From: Pecten maximus
Taxonomy: Eukaryota
Direction of reading: 5' to 3'
Length of the DNA: 64,000 nucleotides
Assembly (NCBI RefSeq): GCF_902652985.1
Contig: NC_047022.1
Span: forward strand, 16,988,001-17,052,000
The notes below the pieces were generated by a model. That model was not told where the DNA came from, did no database searches, and saw nothing but the letters and a program-made list of their open reading frames with translations. Shown here in pieces: positions 26,489-39,865 of this stretch; the first letter of the stretch is position 1, and each line of letters begins with the position of its first letter. The translations under genes and the position numbers were made by a program.

Positions 26489-29079
26489 AACTTTATGCTC
26501 CGACGGTGGGACGTAAGAATTGCTACCCTCATACACATTCTTAAGAGGCATACTGATTTGAGATCTCAACTTTTTTCTTCTTTCTACACCCAGCCACGCA
26601 AGTGTCTCTAAAATAGTGCTTGCTACTCCTGTGTTTTGGTAGTGGGACGACTGGTTCGCCCATTGTCAGTATAATGCGACCGAATGAGGTTTCCTGCTGT
26701 CGGCCCCGATTTTTTACTTACGTGATGTAGCACTATACATTCGGGTATCAGAAAGAGATATACCACACGCTTTAGCTCAAACACACAGGAGTAAGGGAAA
26801 AAAACGAACTGGTCGTTTCATGACTTTCTGTTCTTGTCCAACGGTACCGGCGTCATATGTCCTATGATGTTGTGAGGACACAACAACACACAAATATATT
26901 CAAATTTCTTTTATATTTCATTAAAGAAACGGACTTAAAACATTTGGGAGATCTCGTTATGTTCTGACGTTATACTGAAATATTTGCTTTTATCTTCAAC
27001 ACACTCTCATGAAGTTCAAGAGTTTGGTAGTTAATTCAGCTAGATTACATTATTACGACCACTTACATATTTACAGCCCTGATATCAAGCGGTAATGAAA
27101 ATCATAAACACACATAACTGATATAAGGCTATAATAGACAGTGAGAGAAGAAGGGGTAGTGGTTTAAAGACACTATATTTCCAGATGAACTCCGCTTCGG
27201 TTTATTTTGTCCTGATCTTCCATCTTTGCTTTGTCTATTTTTAGACGATATTCTCGTTGAAACGTTAAAAACCTGAACTATTTCAGAAAAAAATATCAAT
27301 ATTTGTCAGGCATGCATCATACTCGATTATTCTGCTTGAAAATTGCATTCCAACTACAAATATTAGATTATTTACAGTGTTGATATATCTGCTATTACTT
27401 CAAACATTAAAATTATTATAAATAAAAATTAATTGATATATATATATGAAACTGAAACATTTAAATCTTTCTCAATGTACAAATCAAACAATATTCTTTG
27501 TGCTATAGGTCAGTGCCATTTTGGTACTATTTTGGAATGCATTTATAGATCGCAAAATGAATTAAATATGAACGTTTGCACATGAGAATGCATCCTCGGC
27601 TCCAGGTGAAATCCGCACTAACATTTATTACCTGGGGCCGAGATTAATGATACTCTGTCTGTCACAAATTACTTAAATACCATGCTCGTAGGTATGTTGT
27701 GTCGTACTGCGCGACAGTGTGTGTTTATTTACGGAATGGAAAAAAAATGTGTGTGCTGTATTAATTCCTTAAATGAGTGATCACATATATTTTCAGGCCG
27801 TTTGCAATTCCTCCATTGGCATATACATATTTATAAGCCTTGAATGCCTTGGTATATACTCTCAGCCCTAAACCAAACAAAACGAAGATTACTGATCTGT
27901 TTAAATTTGTCAATTATTGATAATACTGTTGTTGTATCAGACGTCACAGTAAAGATCATCTGAAGACTGAGAATAGTTCGCTAACTTACAGCTGCTTTAT
28001 TGGCCTATTTAAGGATTACAAATAATTGCACATAGCATTTAATTCCTAGCAACAAAGTTGACTGATAACGTCCCTACCTACTAACGGTACACCCAAGTCT
28101 AATATGCGTGAAACTTCACGACGAAAACTTTGCTGTGGTGCTATTTTAGCAAAGGTGACCTTGACCTTGACCACGGAGCAGTGGATTTGATGTCCCACTT
28201 ATCGTAAAGTAAATCACGTTGAAATTTTACTTGTAAACATATTCCAGCTTTAGAGACTTGTGTTGAGTAAAGTAGAATAATAAAAAGGAATATTAGCATG
28301 ACATTTCCCTTGAATAATGATTTTGTTTTGTTTTGCATGGTTTAACGTCGTATGTGCGAGATGTATACCCGTTTTGAGTGTACCAATGTCTTTGGAAGCT
28401 TGGGTATGTTTCCATTGTTTCCTGGTCATAGCGCGAAACTGAGGCCGACATTTTGGTTTTACCTCACTAAAGGAGAGACACCCAGCAGAATACAACACCT
28501 GGTCACCTTATACTCACCGGTCGTCCCACTCTTAAAATGTTGACCTTTAAGCAGAAGTAGCAACTACTTATATATCTATAGACTCTGGTATGTCTCGCCA
28601 AGGATATAGAACCCAAAGCATTCCTCATTCCTCTTAACTGCGAAAACTCAAGAAAAGGCCAAATGTGAACCAGTGTCAAGGGAGACATTTGGAAGATTGT
28701 AAGTTGTTCAGAAAGAATAGGAGTATCAAGATCCTAAATACAGTCGCCTCTTGCAAATCATGCACTAGAGGGAACAGGTATAATTTTGACGCCCTAACAG
28801 TAGGATAGTCTGTAATTCTACATAGGTTGGGAAGCACTTGGGCGATAAAACTATTGTATATCACAGCCAGTGTTGGATTAACACTGTATAAGTTATAACA
28901 CACATACGAGAGCCATATTTCTAAGAGGCAGGTAAAGGAATCACTCCGGGCTGGTTCTATATCAGGACAAAAGGGCGAATAAACATTCATGTTGCATTTT
29001 CGTTCAAATTCAAACTCATTATACACACGCTTCCCTGACAATCCATGGTATTATTTAGATTAATGGTTAAAAGACTTAC

Positions 29080-29241
29080 GAGTTGTGCCACAATTGGCAG
29101 CATTAACGTGGCAGTTGCACTGTTGCTGGCCACCTCCGTGAATGAAGTCACAATGTAGCATAGGATTATGTTGAGAACCCATACATCTAGACCACTAAAT
29201 ACCGAAAGTTTATCTCCAATCCAATCTGACAAGCCAGTTTC
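29080..29241 (-). CDS. SLC13 copy B exon 12
   Basis: [54 protein letters not shown]|gtaagt; 162 bp. Confidence 0.93.
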
Positions 29242-32200
29242 CTGCAATGTAAAAATGGTGTATTTGTAATGTGTGTTCAATTAAATAAAATGCTGTATCC
29301 TATATAATTATGCTATATGTAAGATCATGGAGATATGCACAGCCAGAAATATAATCTAACCAATGGTGCCTCGTTGATAATCCTCCAAAGTTGAGTTATC
29401 TATTTTCTGTTATTATATATCATTATTCATATTGTTGATTATATGGAAATAAATCATAAAGCATCCCATACCTGACTTCCTTTGGCTAACGCAAATCCAC
29501 CTCCGAATAACCAAATAATGCCCCAAGATATGTTCTTTTCGGCTGATTTCCAATTAATTAGGGGTTGGATCTTTACACTACCACCTGCAATATCAATAGC
29601 ATGTCGCAGAAAGCAAAGTCAGGATAGTGGAAATTATATATATATAATAATAATTTGGATACAACAGTCTTTTTAAGATTCTACTCTCTATTGACTCTCA
29701 GCTTTGGTATTGGAAGGCAGTGATATCTGGTAAATCATATAAGCGAATGGTAGATACTGCTGGAGGAATTTAGTTCACGAGGTTTGCATTAACCAGTATG
29801 TCACTCTTTAGTTCATTTGAATAGTGACATTGTTCAGGGAAAAAACTTTATTTTTTTTCAACAATTGCAAGTTCTACCGACTTATATCTATTACTTTTGT
29901 TAACCGGGATCGAAGCGGTACAGATGTATGCGCATGTACTTTTAATACGGCTGTATGCTGTGTGCCTTTTGCAAAATCCAGTCAAGTGACAGTTTTATTT
30001 TGGTTTTGTTTGTTAACAAAATCATTTTTATTTTCCATAAACATGTGAGATAAACCAGGTGGGGAGACCTGGATTCACCCCTCTTACAAAACTTTGCCTC
30101 TCGCAAGAGGCGTCGTTCTCATTTTGTCTACAAATGTCCCATCTGTCTTCCTAAGAAGTTTGAGCACACCCTTCTCCCAAATTGGTCTAATTAAATATTA
30201 ATCTATACTGTTCCGATAAAAAGTTTCAATGGATTAAATAACTTCCCATACCAAAACGCAATATTTCCGGTAGATTGGCAGGAAAGAAGAAAAGACTGCA
30301 TGCTACAAGAATACAGGGTGTAGAGTCGGTGACTGTTCTATGGAACATAAACAATTATTCAGTTAGTATACTAGGAAATAAAATGGAAACCATTTTGTAA
30401 TGTAATCAATAGTATGTTCAAGCAAGTAAAGCATTTAGAGTCATATTCACAGGGGCGCTTCTGTTTGAATAAAAATATACTTTTCAGGAAACAGGTTTTT
30501 CCAGCCACCAATACCACCAAGGTCACGTGTGATCCAGAGAGAGGACATTGCTATGAAATGGCCTATAACTGCACCTTGTGCAAATCTGAAATACAGATAC
30601 AAATTTAAGTTTTATGTGTGTCTGCATTTTTAATCTTTCAACTTGATTTTCATTTTTCAAAATTCTATATAACCAAATCTTAACTTCAATTGGGTTATAT
30701 AGATCAATCTAATATTGATTATATTGTGGTGTCATAGTCTAAAGACGACGAAGAAACGAAAAAGGACCTGCATTTCTAACATGTTATCTATTAGGGATTG
30801 GAAAACTCCATTTACACTTGTGTTTTACAATCTTGCATGCTCTACGGATATATGTAAACGCCTTTGTGTCTGTGGCTTTTAAAAATGATCAAGGCCACCC
30901 ATTCTAAAATTATTAAGATTGATGCAGACAATTTATGTTCGGTATTTCATCTCTGCATTTTTTCGAAGTTTTAAGATAATATACAAATAGATACAGACAA
31001 ACACACGCATGTATGTGTATATTGAAGATAGTTTTGTAAACTGTGCCATATCTCGGTAGTGAAATATCATGACATTATAACGTAATTTGTATACGTTTGA
31101 AGTTCTGAGTGTTTACTTTGGTGATATGATAACATATAAGGCTTGATGAGAACATGTAACACGAGAACATGGAATTCCAAATAAATCAATAAAAGTATAA
31201 ATTCATTCTATACTTTAGCCTTTTAAGGAATTTTACGCCATATGCCTTCACAGCAAATATCACATGAATTTAAAACAAAAACAAAAAAACAACAACAGGG
31301 ACACGCGTTCGTTGGAATCGTGTTAATCCACAAACCCTTATTAACGTTCGGAAAATTGCTTTTTGTTACCCATGATCACCAAAATGGAGGATATTTAAGG
31401 GAATGTCCACAGACGCGTACATGTCAACAAAACATGATCATTATTGTGTTGGTCAAAAAAAAATGTCTTACGTAACTGAGCCTAAGGCATCATATTCCTG
31501 TCGGAGAACATTTCTTATTTCCCTAGATGTTTCCTTTGGCTGTTTTTTGCACAATGATCTACAAGAAAATAATACACAAAGTAGGAAATATTGTAAAATG
31601 TAAAATAAGGAATTAAAATTTAAGTAACATGTATTAGCATGATGTAATCTGAAATCGTTTATTTATTCCAGGTTTTAATTTGTTCAAATTACATTGTAAA
31701 GAGTGCAAAATTACCGATATTGAGTAATTGTAAAAGATTGAAAACAAGAGCAGACTGTTATATTTCTTTACGTTATTACCACCATCAAACACCGCTTTTA
31801 ACTTTCAAATTGAAAGTGAATAGATAATTCATTGTGTGTTCCGAATGGATGATTTTCAAGACTTACAGTCTGTCTTATGAGCAATCATTTTTAGGATATG
31901 AATGTTTGAATATATTCTAAATTATAATCCTTAATTATTTGTTTAACGTTATTATTTTGTGACAGGATGTGTATACGCTCCTGGTGAGGTTCCATCTTTA
32001 AAGATGCTAATTGTCTGACATTGACATTTAATTTTCATTTACAATATCTAAAGTTGCATATTTTGTGTTATCAATACTGATTTTTTCCTTTAAGCTAAAG
32101 TAGATGAATAATTAATTGCATTCAGAGGGATTTCTATCTGCTACCCTTTATATTTATCGTTCGCTCTTATGAGAAATCATTATCAGTTCACCCTTGCTGT

Positions 32201-35200
32201 TTTACATTTCTGTACAGTGGGTTAATTCCGTGTGATCATTTTTGAATATATAAGTGATATATCATACGACCACTGCTCTTTATCAGTGTGATTGTTTATA
32301 CAAAAGGTACAAATTTGCATAATGGGATTTCTCTCGTTATATTTCTTTACCTAAATCCAAGAAAGTATATAATTAGCCAGATCCAAGACATTAACAACAA
32401 GACAACGGCGATAGGAACACCATACTGCATCCACGTAGCAAACGTTACTGGATTTTCAACTTCATATTTCTGAAAAAGTCTAAAGGATGAAAAAAAATCA
32501 TGTACTGTAAATATTTGTACATGGTTTTGCAATGTAAACTGTAAAAGTGTATACTCTTGTTCAAAAATCATATAGCAGAAAAATGAAAAAATAGAGGTCC
32601 CAAGTGCTGAAATAAGCCATTAGATAAATTCTGTCTTATATGATTTTACTAGTTATTTGCCTTTTAGATGTACGTAAGAGGTGGTATTCAACTTTTTGTA
32701 TAATATCACAAATAAACATCAAATCTATATCATATCAATTCGCCGAGATATATACTAAATAACACATAAACCCATTTTAGGAGAGACTAAGGAGTAGCAA
32801 AAGTGTGATAACTTACATGTCAGTTTGACCTTTCATGATGACGTTAACGCCCGTGCCGGTAAGGGAGGCAATACCGCCTATGTTAGCAGCATAACATATC
32901 GACATAGACAAAGCCTTGCATAACCGCAGGTGATTTTGATCGGCATGCTTTTCCTGATCGAGAGCACTATTAAACATATATAGAACATATTTGATATTCA
33001 TCAATTATGGACCTTTGGTGAGGTCAATATGGTGTTATAATGACCAGGAAGAATCACATGTTAACCATGGGCGAAGCCCGGAGTCAATATTTGGGAATAA
33101 ACAGGTCGGTATTACATCATATTGACTGAATTAAACATCCTTTCTTTTTCATATTACATATGAAACTTGTTTGAGAAAGGATGCAATTGTATTATATATA
33201 TCCTGATAACAGAAACTTTTATTCGGGTAAATAAATATTGACTTTGACGTGACCACATTTAGCCAATCAAAATGTTTGTCTTAATGTAAACAACAAGCAC
33301 ATGCCTTGCACTTTCTGCTGTAATGACTTCAACTTTGGTACACGAGTCAGTGTTGACATGCACGTCTTGGTATGAGGTTTGATTAGCATTTTCTATGAAA
33401 TAAATTAAGAAAAAAAAATTATAATGTAAAACAAGGCTTTGAGGTGTAAACTACATGTTACTTTGTACTGCTGTTGATAGACGACGTGTCATTTAATACG
33501 CAAGTTTGTGCTGCAGTAGAACTTGTGCATGTTTATATCTTATCTGATATATACCTAATAACGTAACACATAAAAGGCTGATAATCATAATGATTTTGAT
33601 ATCTTAGTCAACATACACAATCTGGTAATGATGGAAAACTTTATAAGTGCTACATCTCTAACAAAGAGTAATTATGATGGATTGGAGTAGACTATTGCTA
33701 AGCGTTATACAACACTTTAATTTATATCATTCATGCCATTACAAATCTTCAAATTTTCAATTTTTCTTTTTCTTCTTCTTCAAATTCGAAGTGGATAACT
33801 ACTTGTATCTGGAGTAAATAATATAGGACTTCGCCTTTATATTCAGTATGTAACTTTCGCTGTTATAAAATGTTCACTTCTTTTGTTTTCATGCATTTCT
33901 GCGACAAAGGCGTTGTAGTATATTTACGAAGCATCAATTGCTAACTTTACCAGTGTCTGTGTCCTCGGTCGTTATATTGATATTTTTCAGCTGTAAAAGA
34001 ACGGCGTTGGCAATTGGGAGCATCATAACAGAGGTAGCGGTGTTACTTATCCACATGGAGAGAAAACATGTTGGAACCATCATCCCAAGCATCAACCTGT
34101 ACAGGAGAGATTTTATTAATCATTAGTGAAGGCAATTGTATATATACTAAACATAATAACCATTTATATTACATTCGTGAACTTTCCTTTTCTTCGTAGC
34201 AATACCCTTCATCTACTGTTTTTACACATCGCAGTTTAATGATTATGTTTTACAGTTTCCGAGTTCACGTTTAAATATTTTGATAAACGCATTATATTGC
34301 TTAATCTGAATTGTTTAATTTGAATACAATGAGCTGTGAACCAACAATGGTTATGTGCTGATATTAGAGCTCAATTATCTTTCCCTAATTAAATGATGGT
34401 AATCGTGCATATTTTCCCTCAAAAAATAATTATTTAGAATATCCCATAAATCCAGCATTAGGATAAGAACTGACATTAATTCTTATTTTGATGTCACTTG
34501 ATCCGGAGTTAACCTAGATTTTTATGACGGGTGTCGTCGATAAACAGAAAACGCTTACTCTACCAGGTCACATGGCCTTATTCTCCCTACACTTTCTCAT
34601 GGGTCTCCATCAAAGTATGTATTTTTTTTGTTCATATTTCCTCTAATTTTATCAATTTTGAGGCAGAATGCAGAATAATGATTTTGTTATTATATCTTGG
34701 AAATGTAGCCTATTCACCCCATTCGAACTACATCTAAATAATCATATCCAATAAAGTAACCTTTTATATAATCAAGTCGCTAGTGTTCTTGTTCGTCGTC
34801 TAATTTGTTTAGGTTCAATACAGATTCAGTTAATGGTGATTAAAACTATGGTAATTAGAAATGGATGTGGAACCACAAAATCGGTACCTTAATGTAAATT
34901 ATTGTAATCACCTTATGTATCAGTGTCTTTTATCTTTAGGTCTCTTGTTTTTCTTACCAGTGGGGTTCCGATCCAAACCACAACAGAACTCGCAATGCGA
35001 AAAGCTTGTGGATATTCCAATGCTCTATAGCATACGCGAGGATTAGACCTCCTACGAATAACATTGACGTATCCTACGGACGAAAATATGAATATTCAGC
35101 TCAAACATTCATAACAAAAAACAAAAGAGACAAAAGAGAAGCATCATTTCTATGCCATTCTTTTCCTCGCAAAAAGGAATTCAAGTTGACTGTGATTAAA

Positions 35201-38200
35201 TAAACCGACCAAGCGATGATATGATGATATATGTGAAGTGAGCATACTCTGTACACGTGCGCAATACATATGTACAAATGTAATCTCCCAATGGTATTTA
35301 TTTAAGTATAAAATGTCGCCCGTTAGGGCGACATGAAATATTTATCTGTCACCCAAAATGTATTTCTATCGACTGTATACTTCCATTTGGTAACAGTTCA
35401 ATGCTTATATTTACATTCATATTTTTTTTTATTTACTGTAGCTTAAGACGCGTTTAAAGTTGCCGCTTCCCCTATCACTGACGTCATCAGGTTCAAATAC
35501 CGGAACAGCCGAAATTTTCAGAAGGATTAATATAGTCCTTCATGTCGTTATTAATAGCAAACACATACAATGGTTTTGCACTTTGGCGTTATTTTCTATT
35601 TCATATACGGTTGTAGATATCGTCAAATTATTCACAATTGCATAATTTCTGATTGTTTAAAATCTAAGCCGTTTATCGGCGCAATGTTATACGGTTAATA
35701 TTGAGAAGTGATGCGGCTTTGAACGGGTATTGCACAGGACAGACTCGATTCCTCGGAAATACTTAAGTTTCTATCCACTGGATTTACGTTATTTTCAGAA
35801 GAATATCTGTTCTTAAATTCTAAATGAAAGTCGTCTTGAAAGTATGTGAAAACGATTCCAAAGATATTTCGTTTGAAACAGATTCAAGTCTAACCAGTCG
35901 CATCTTAGCAGACGATTTTCAACTTCACAGAAGCTCGATTTTGTAAGGTAGGCCTTTAACATCAGTGAATAACCACAAAATTAAATTCCAATATACATAC
36001 ACAACCGAAAACCATGTCGATGCTCCCGATTTTTCACAAGATTTTTATTATTATTTTTTTTATCAATACTGGACTTTTAATGTTGTCGTGTCTTACATTT
36101 CTGAAAATTCGGAAACGAGCCCCTGTGAGTGTGACGACATTGACAATTTGATAATTCTTATATCAAGAACGGCGCTTATAGTTATTTTGTGTTGACTACA
36201 TTTTGTTTTAATTATAAAATATTACTCTCATAACTTGTGAAGTTGCTTTATTTTTTGTGTTGTGGATTATAAATGCTAGCATTCGAAATCTCTCGAGGCC
36301 GAAAGTAACTGGCGGCCATTGTTTTGACTAGCAACATCTGGGGCTGTAGTCCTACTCTGACCGAATCACTGTAAATTGTAGTATAGTCTCATAAATACAA
36401 TTTGGTTCACTAACGACATCTATAGGCAAAAGCAACACAGAATGTAAATATAATTGGGTAATAGTCATGTTACAGGATTTTTAAACTCCTCGACACATTA
36501 TACACATTAACTTAACATGAGATGAATGATGATGATGATGGTGATGATGATGATTATGATGATGATGATGATGATGATGATGACACCCTCTTTTTTATTG
36601 TGTATCACATACGTTAACATAAGCTGTTGATATGTCTTTAGCGCTCGCTATTCCAACCAAAGGAAACAGGACCACAGGCAGCAGGGCTGTGACAGCAATT
36701 GGCAAAGCCTCGCTGATCCAAAAAACGGCCACTAACAGGATTATGTAGCCGCATTTTGCCTCCTGCATACAATAAAAGCAGGAGAATGACCTCTAAAATC
36801 AATGAAAGGAATTATATTGAAATATTAGACTAAAAGTTAATTCATTATTAGGTAGCCACGAAAGAACTTGAACAACAAAACATCTAAGCACTTTAAACCT
36901 TGAAAATGGAACCCGTGACGCATTTATGTTATATAGAAACAGCAAGAAGTGGACATCAATCTTTATATCATTATTATTGTTAAGTTTCCCCTGTATACGG
37001 AAGGCACATTTTCACTATCACAACAATTGCGTTATAAATATATAAGTCATAAAAATGTTTCCAAAGAAGGCTCCTTTGAATATTGTTGGTAAAGTCGAAA
37101 ATTCCATGTCAAACTTAGCCATGTTTAAACCTATGAAATACATATGTAATCTCAACGCTGATTGGTCATTTGAAATTCAGAACCCAATCAGCGTTGAGAT
37201 TACAGATGTTTACACGGGTTTAAACATGACCTTGTTTTACACAGAATTTCCGATCAGCGATTACGATGGGCAAATGAGACCAACAGGATAATCTACAGAT
37301 ATTAACAGTTGTGTAGGTAAGTTTGTTTCCTACCAAAGATTAATTTTGACAAAGCTGAAGTACTGACATGCTGTATTTGTTAAACTATCCACTAGAGACT
37401 TTGCATGTTAACGCCGGAGGTCACGGTGTCCAACTAATTGAAATCTAACTATTTTCTGATATTCCATGAAGTCAATAGACAATTCTACCGCGTGATATAT
37501 ATATATTGAACCATATACCAAGTAAAAGCAAATATATCTGTCTGTTGACTGGGACCATTTCCACCGACAGTTTGTCGACAATCACAATTTCCCCAAAATT
37601 GGGTTGTTTCATTAGGCCAATGGAGTTCCTAACCTTGATGGTATATGAGGTGTATTGACAGGCGAGTGCTGGTGGCTCGTTAGCCTTACAGATTGTCCCA
37701 CACGGAAATGTAATTGAACATCACGTCATTGGTAGTACTTGTACGACACAAAGAATATAATCGTCAACTTGGACTGTTCTTAGCTATTTAATTGGGAGTA
37801 GATACAAAAGAGCGAAATTGCGTCCGACTGTCAGTGATCTAAGGGTCTAAAATCTTGATAGTAAAAATGTGCTGAAATTTTGTATGAAGGCTACAGTGCA
37901 CCTCTGTTCCAACGAAACAAGATAGATAAAAGATAGATCATCTAGTTGACATCTGCAGAACTGGGACAACTTTTATAAGACCTTTGCACGTGCATTATTT
38001 ATTGGAAAAGAAGAGCAGGCAAGTGGAAGTTAATTACTCATGAAATATTGGTCATAGGTGGTATATATAATGTAGGGAGTCTATGTTATGCTTGGCTTAA
38101 CTACTCAGACATGCCCCAATTTAATTTAAGACAGTATCAGACCTATTTTCACAGCATCTATATCTATACTTACCTTGCCTTCAGCAACAAACACAATAGG

Positions 38201-38278
38201 AAGCAACAGAATGGGTGCTAGAACAACAACAAGGAATGTCCTCAGTCCCCATATGTTTTTCAGAATGTGTTTCGCCAT
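29080..38278 (-). CDS. SLC13: SLC13-family paralogue, copy B (exons 1-4 and 6-12 found; exon 5 and exons 13-14 not found; possibly truncated or pseudogenising)
   Basis: Exons 38278-38174, 36762-36613, 35073-34958, 34096-33951, 32966-32817, 32479-32351, 31558-31472, 30585-30481, 30337-30252, 29584-29472, 29241-29080. Same intron phases as copy A, and each found exon is open. Confidence 0.9.
29472..29584 (-). CDS. SLC13 copy B exon 11
   Basis: [37 protein letters not shown]; 113 bp. Confidence 0.92.
30252..30337 (-). CDS. SLC13 copy B exon 10
   Basis: [28 protein letters not shown]; 86 bp. Confidence 0.88.
30481..30585 (-). CDS. SLC13 copy B exon 9
   Basis: [34 protein letters not shown]; 105 bp. 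Confidence 0.92.
31472..31558 (-). CDS. SLC13 copy B exon 8
   Basis: [28 protein letters not shown]; 87 bp. Confidence 0.88.
32351..32479 (-). CDS. SLC13 copy B exon 7
   Basis: [42 protein letters not shown]; 129 bp. Confidence 0.92.
32817..32966 (-). CDS. SLC13 copy B exon 6
   Basis: [49 protein letters not shown]. Confidence 0.9.
33951..34096 (-). CDS. SLC13 copy B exon 4
   Basis: [48 protein letters not shown]; 146 bp. Confidence 0.92.
34958..35073 (-). CDS. SLC13 copy B exon 3
   Basis: [38 protein letters not shown](W); 116 bp. Confidence 0.92.
36526..36583. repeat. (GAT)n microsatellite
   Basis: Directly visible, just inside copy B intron 2. Confidence 0.95.
36613..36762 (-). CDS. 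SLC13 copy B exon 2
   Basis: [50 protein letters not shown]; 150 bp. Confidence 0.93.
37095..37253. repeat. ~160-bp imperfect palindrome (MITE-like)
   Basis: Perfect 21-bp arms TGTAATCTCAACGCTGATTGG (37145-37165) and CCAATCAGCGTTGAGATTACA (37184-37204); outer CATGTTTAAACC/GGTTTAAACATG. Confidence 0.9.
38174..38278 (-). CDS. SLC13 copy B exon 1
   Basis: [35 protein letters not shown]|gtaagt. Confidence 0.9.
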
Positions 38279-39199
38279 TGCTCATGAACATAAATATGTA
38301 ATGTTATACGTAACATGTACCTGGCGGCTCAAAGTACGTAGACTTGATAATCACACTTGTTCCAGATAACCGATAGGCTGTATTCAAACTAAATGCGAAA
38401 CAACAGAAGAATGATGAGGTGTGCCAATTTTGAAGAACCCCTAACCTGTACAGCAATTTCACCTTAAATTGTGCCTCATTTCCTTGTTATATAACGTTTA
38501 GTATTTACCCTTCAGCATTTTTTTCTGCTTTGCCTTCAATATTTATTCACACCAACAGCCAATGACAGCATACTCGCATAAATTCTATCAAATTGCTCTC
38601 TGCTTTCTATGATAAAGTTATGGACATTACGTGAGATGTCGGTGTTGATAAAAATATTACATTTTTATCCTTGAGATTTTAAAGAGTTATAACGAAAATA
38701 TATTCAATTTACAAAAGAAAAGACTTATGGCGCATTGATTATAACGTTGAAGAAACAGAGGTGGTGTTTCAAATTTTCGGCGCGCTATTTGCCAGAAAAA
38801 AATCAAATCTCAATATCAATTCCATATACACTGTTCTCATGTTCTAAAAATAAAATAATAATACTTAAAAAAATAAATAAAAATATAAAAGATTAAATAA
38901 TTAAATAAATAAATAAATAAGTATATAGATAAGTAAGTACAAAAATCAATAAATAAATGTAAAAATAAATAAATATTTAATCATATAAGGAGATGTTACG
39001 ATTACATGAAAGATAGCCAAAACCAAATAGAGTTTGTTTGTTTTTTTTTGTTTTTGCAGACAAACATACGTCTAAGCATTTTAACGTTAAGGCCATCAAC
39101 TTTAAGCCAATGAAAATACTTGGTACAAGCAAGATTTAATTATATTGTTTTCTTTTCTAGCGTGCAACTTCCCCGCAACCACCTTGGTCAAATTTAAGA

Positions 39200-39865
39200 A
39201 AAGTCATGAGAGATACCAGCGACCAGGGTTATATGGTTATATGAGAACAGCGCGCAGGTTACACAAACAGACCAGGATCATGTTTGGACCACCGCAGTCT
39301 CTAACTGCTTGAGTTATATGAGGACATCCAAACAGGATACACCCAACACATATGAGGACAGGTGTCATGGAGTCACCAACTGACCAAGATCCTATGAGGA
39401 CATTTGTCAATGAGACACCCATAGACCAGGGTTACATGAGAACAGATGCGACGGAGACACCAGCAGCCACGGTTATACGATAACATATGACATGGAAAAA
39501 CCAACATATCAGGGTCATATGAGGACAGATGCCACGGAGACACTAACAACCAGGATCATATGAGGACAGATGCCACGGTGATACAAACAGCTAGGGCCAC
39601 ATGAGGACAGATGACAAAGAGACATCATACCAATAGACAAGGATCATATGAGGACAACTATCAATGAGACTCCAACAGTTATGATTATTTGAGGACACGT
39701 GTCGAGAGAAAACAACAACCAAGGTTATATGAAATTAATGACAAGGAGACACCAACCTTCAGGATCATACCACAACCAGGATCATATAAGGACGAGGTTT
39801 AGGAGACACAACAGCCACGGTTATATGAGGATGTGTGTCTATGGGGACACCAACAGCTAGGATGA
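39200..39865. repeat. Degenerate ~41-bp minisatellite (CAGGGTCATATGAGGACAGATGCCACGGAGACACTAACAAC), resuming at ~40773-41015
   Basis: ggagacac-like and atatgaggaca motifs recur about every 41 bp. Confidence 0.85.

Noticed and set aside
28560-29041. Possible LINE ORF2 end (TRGNRY) or 121-aa ORF as copy B terminal exon
   Set aside because: Only a 3-4 residue resemblance, no further RT/LINE motifs and no similarity to SLC13 exons 13-14.
35440-36420. Non-autonomous DNA transposon or nested gene in copy B intron 2
   Set aside because: CpG-richer composition is suggestive, but no clear TIRs or coding motif were identified.
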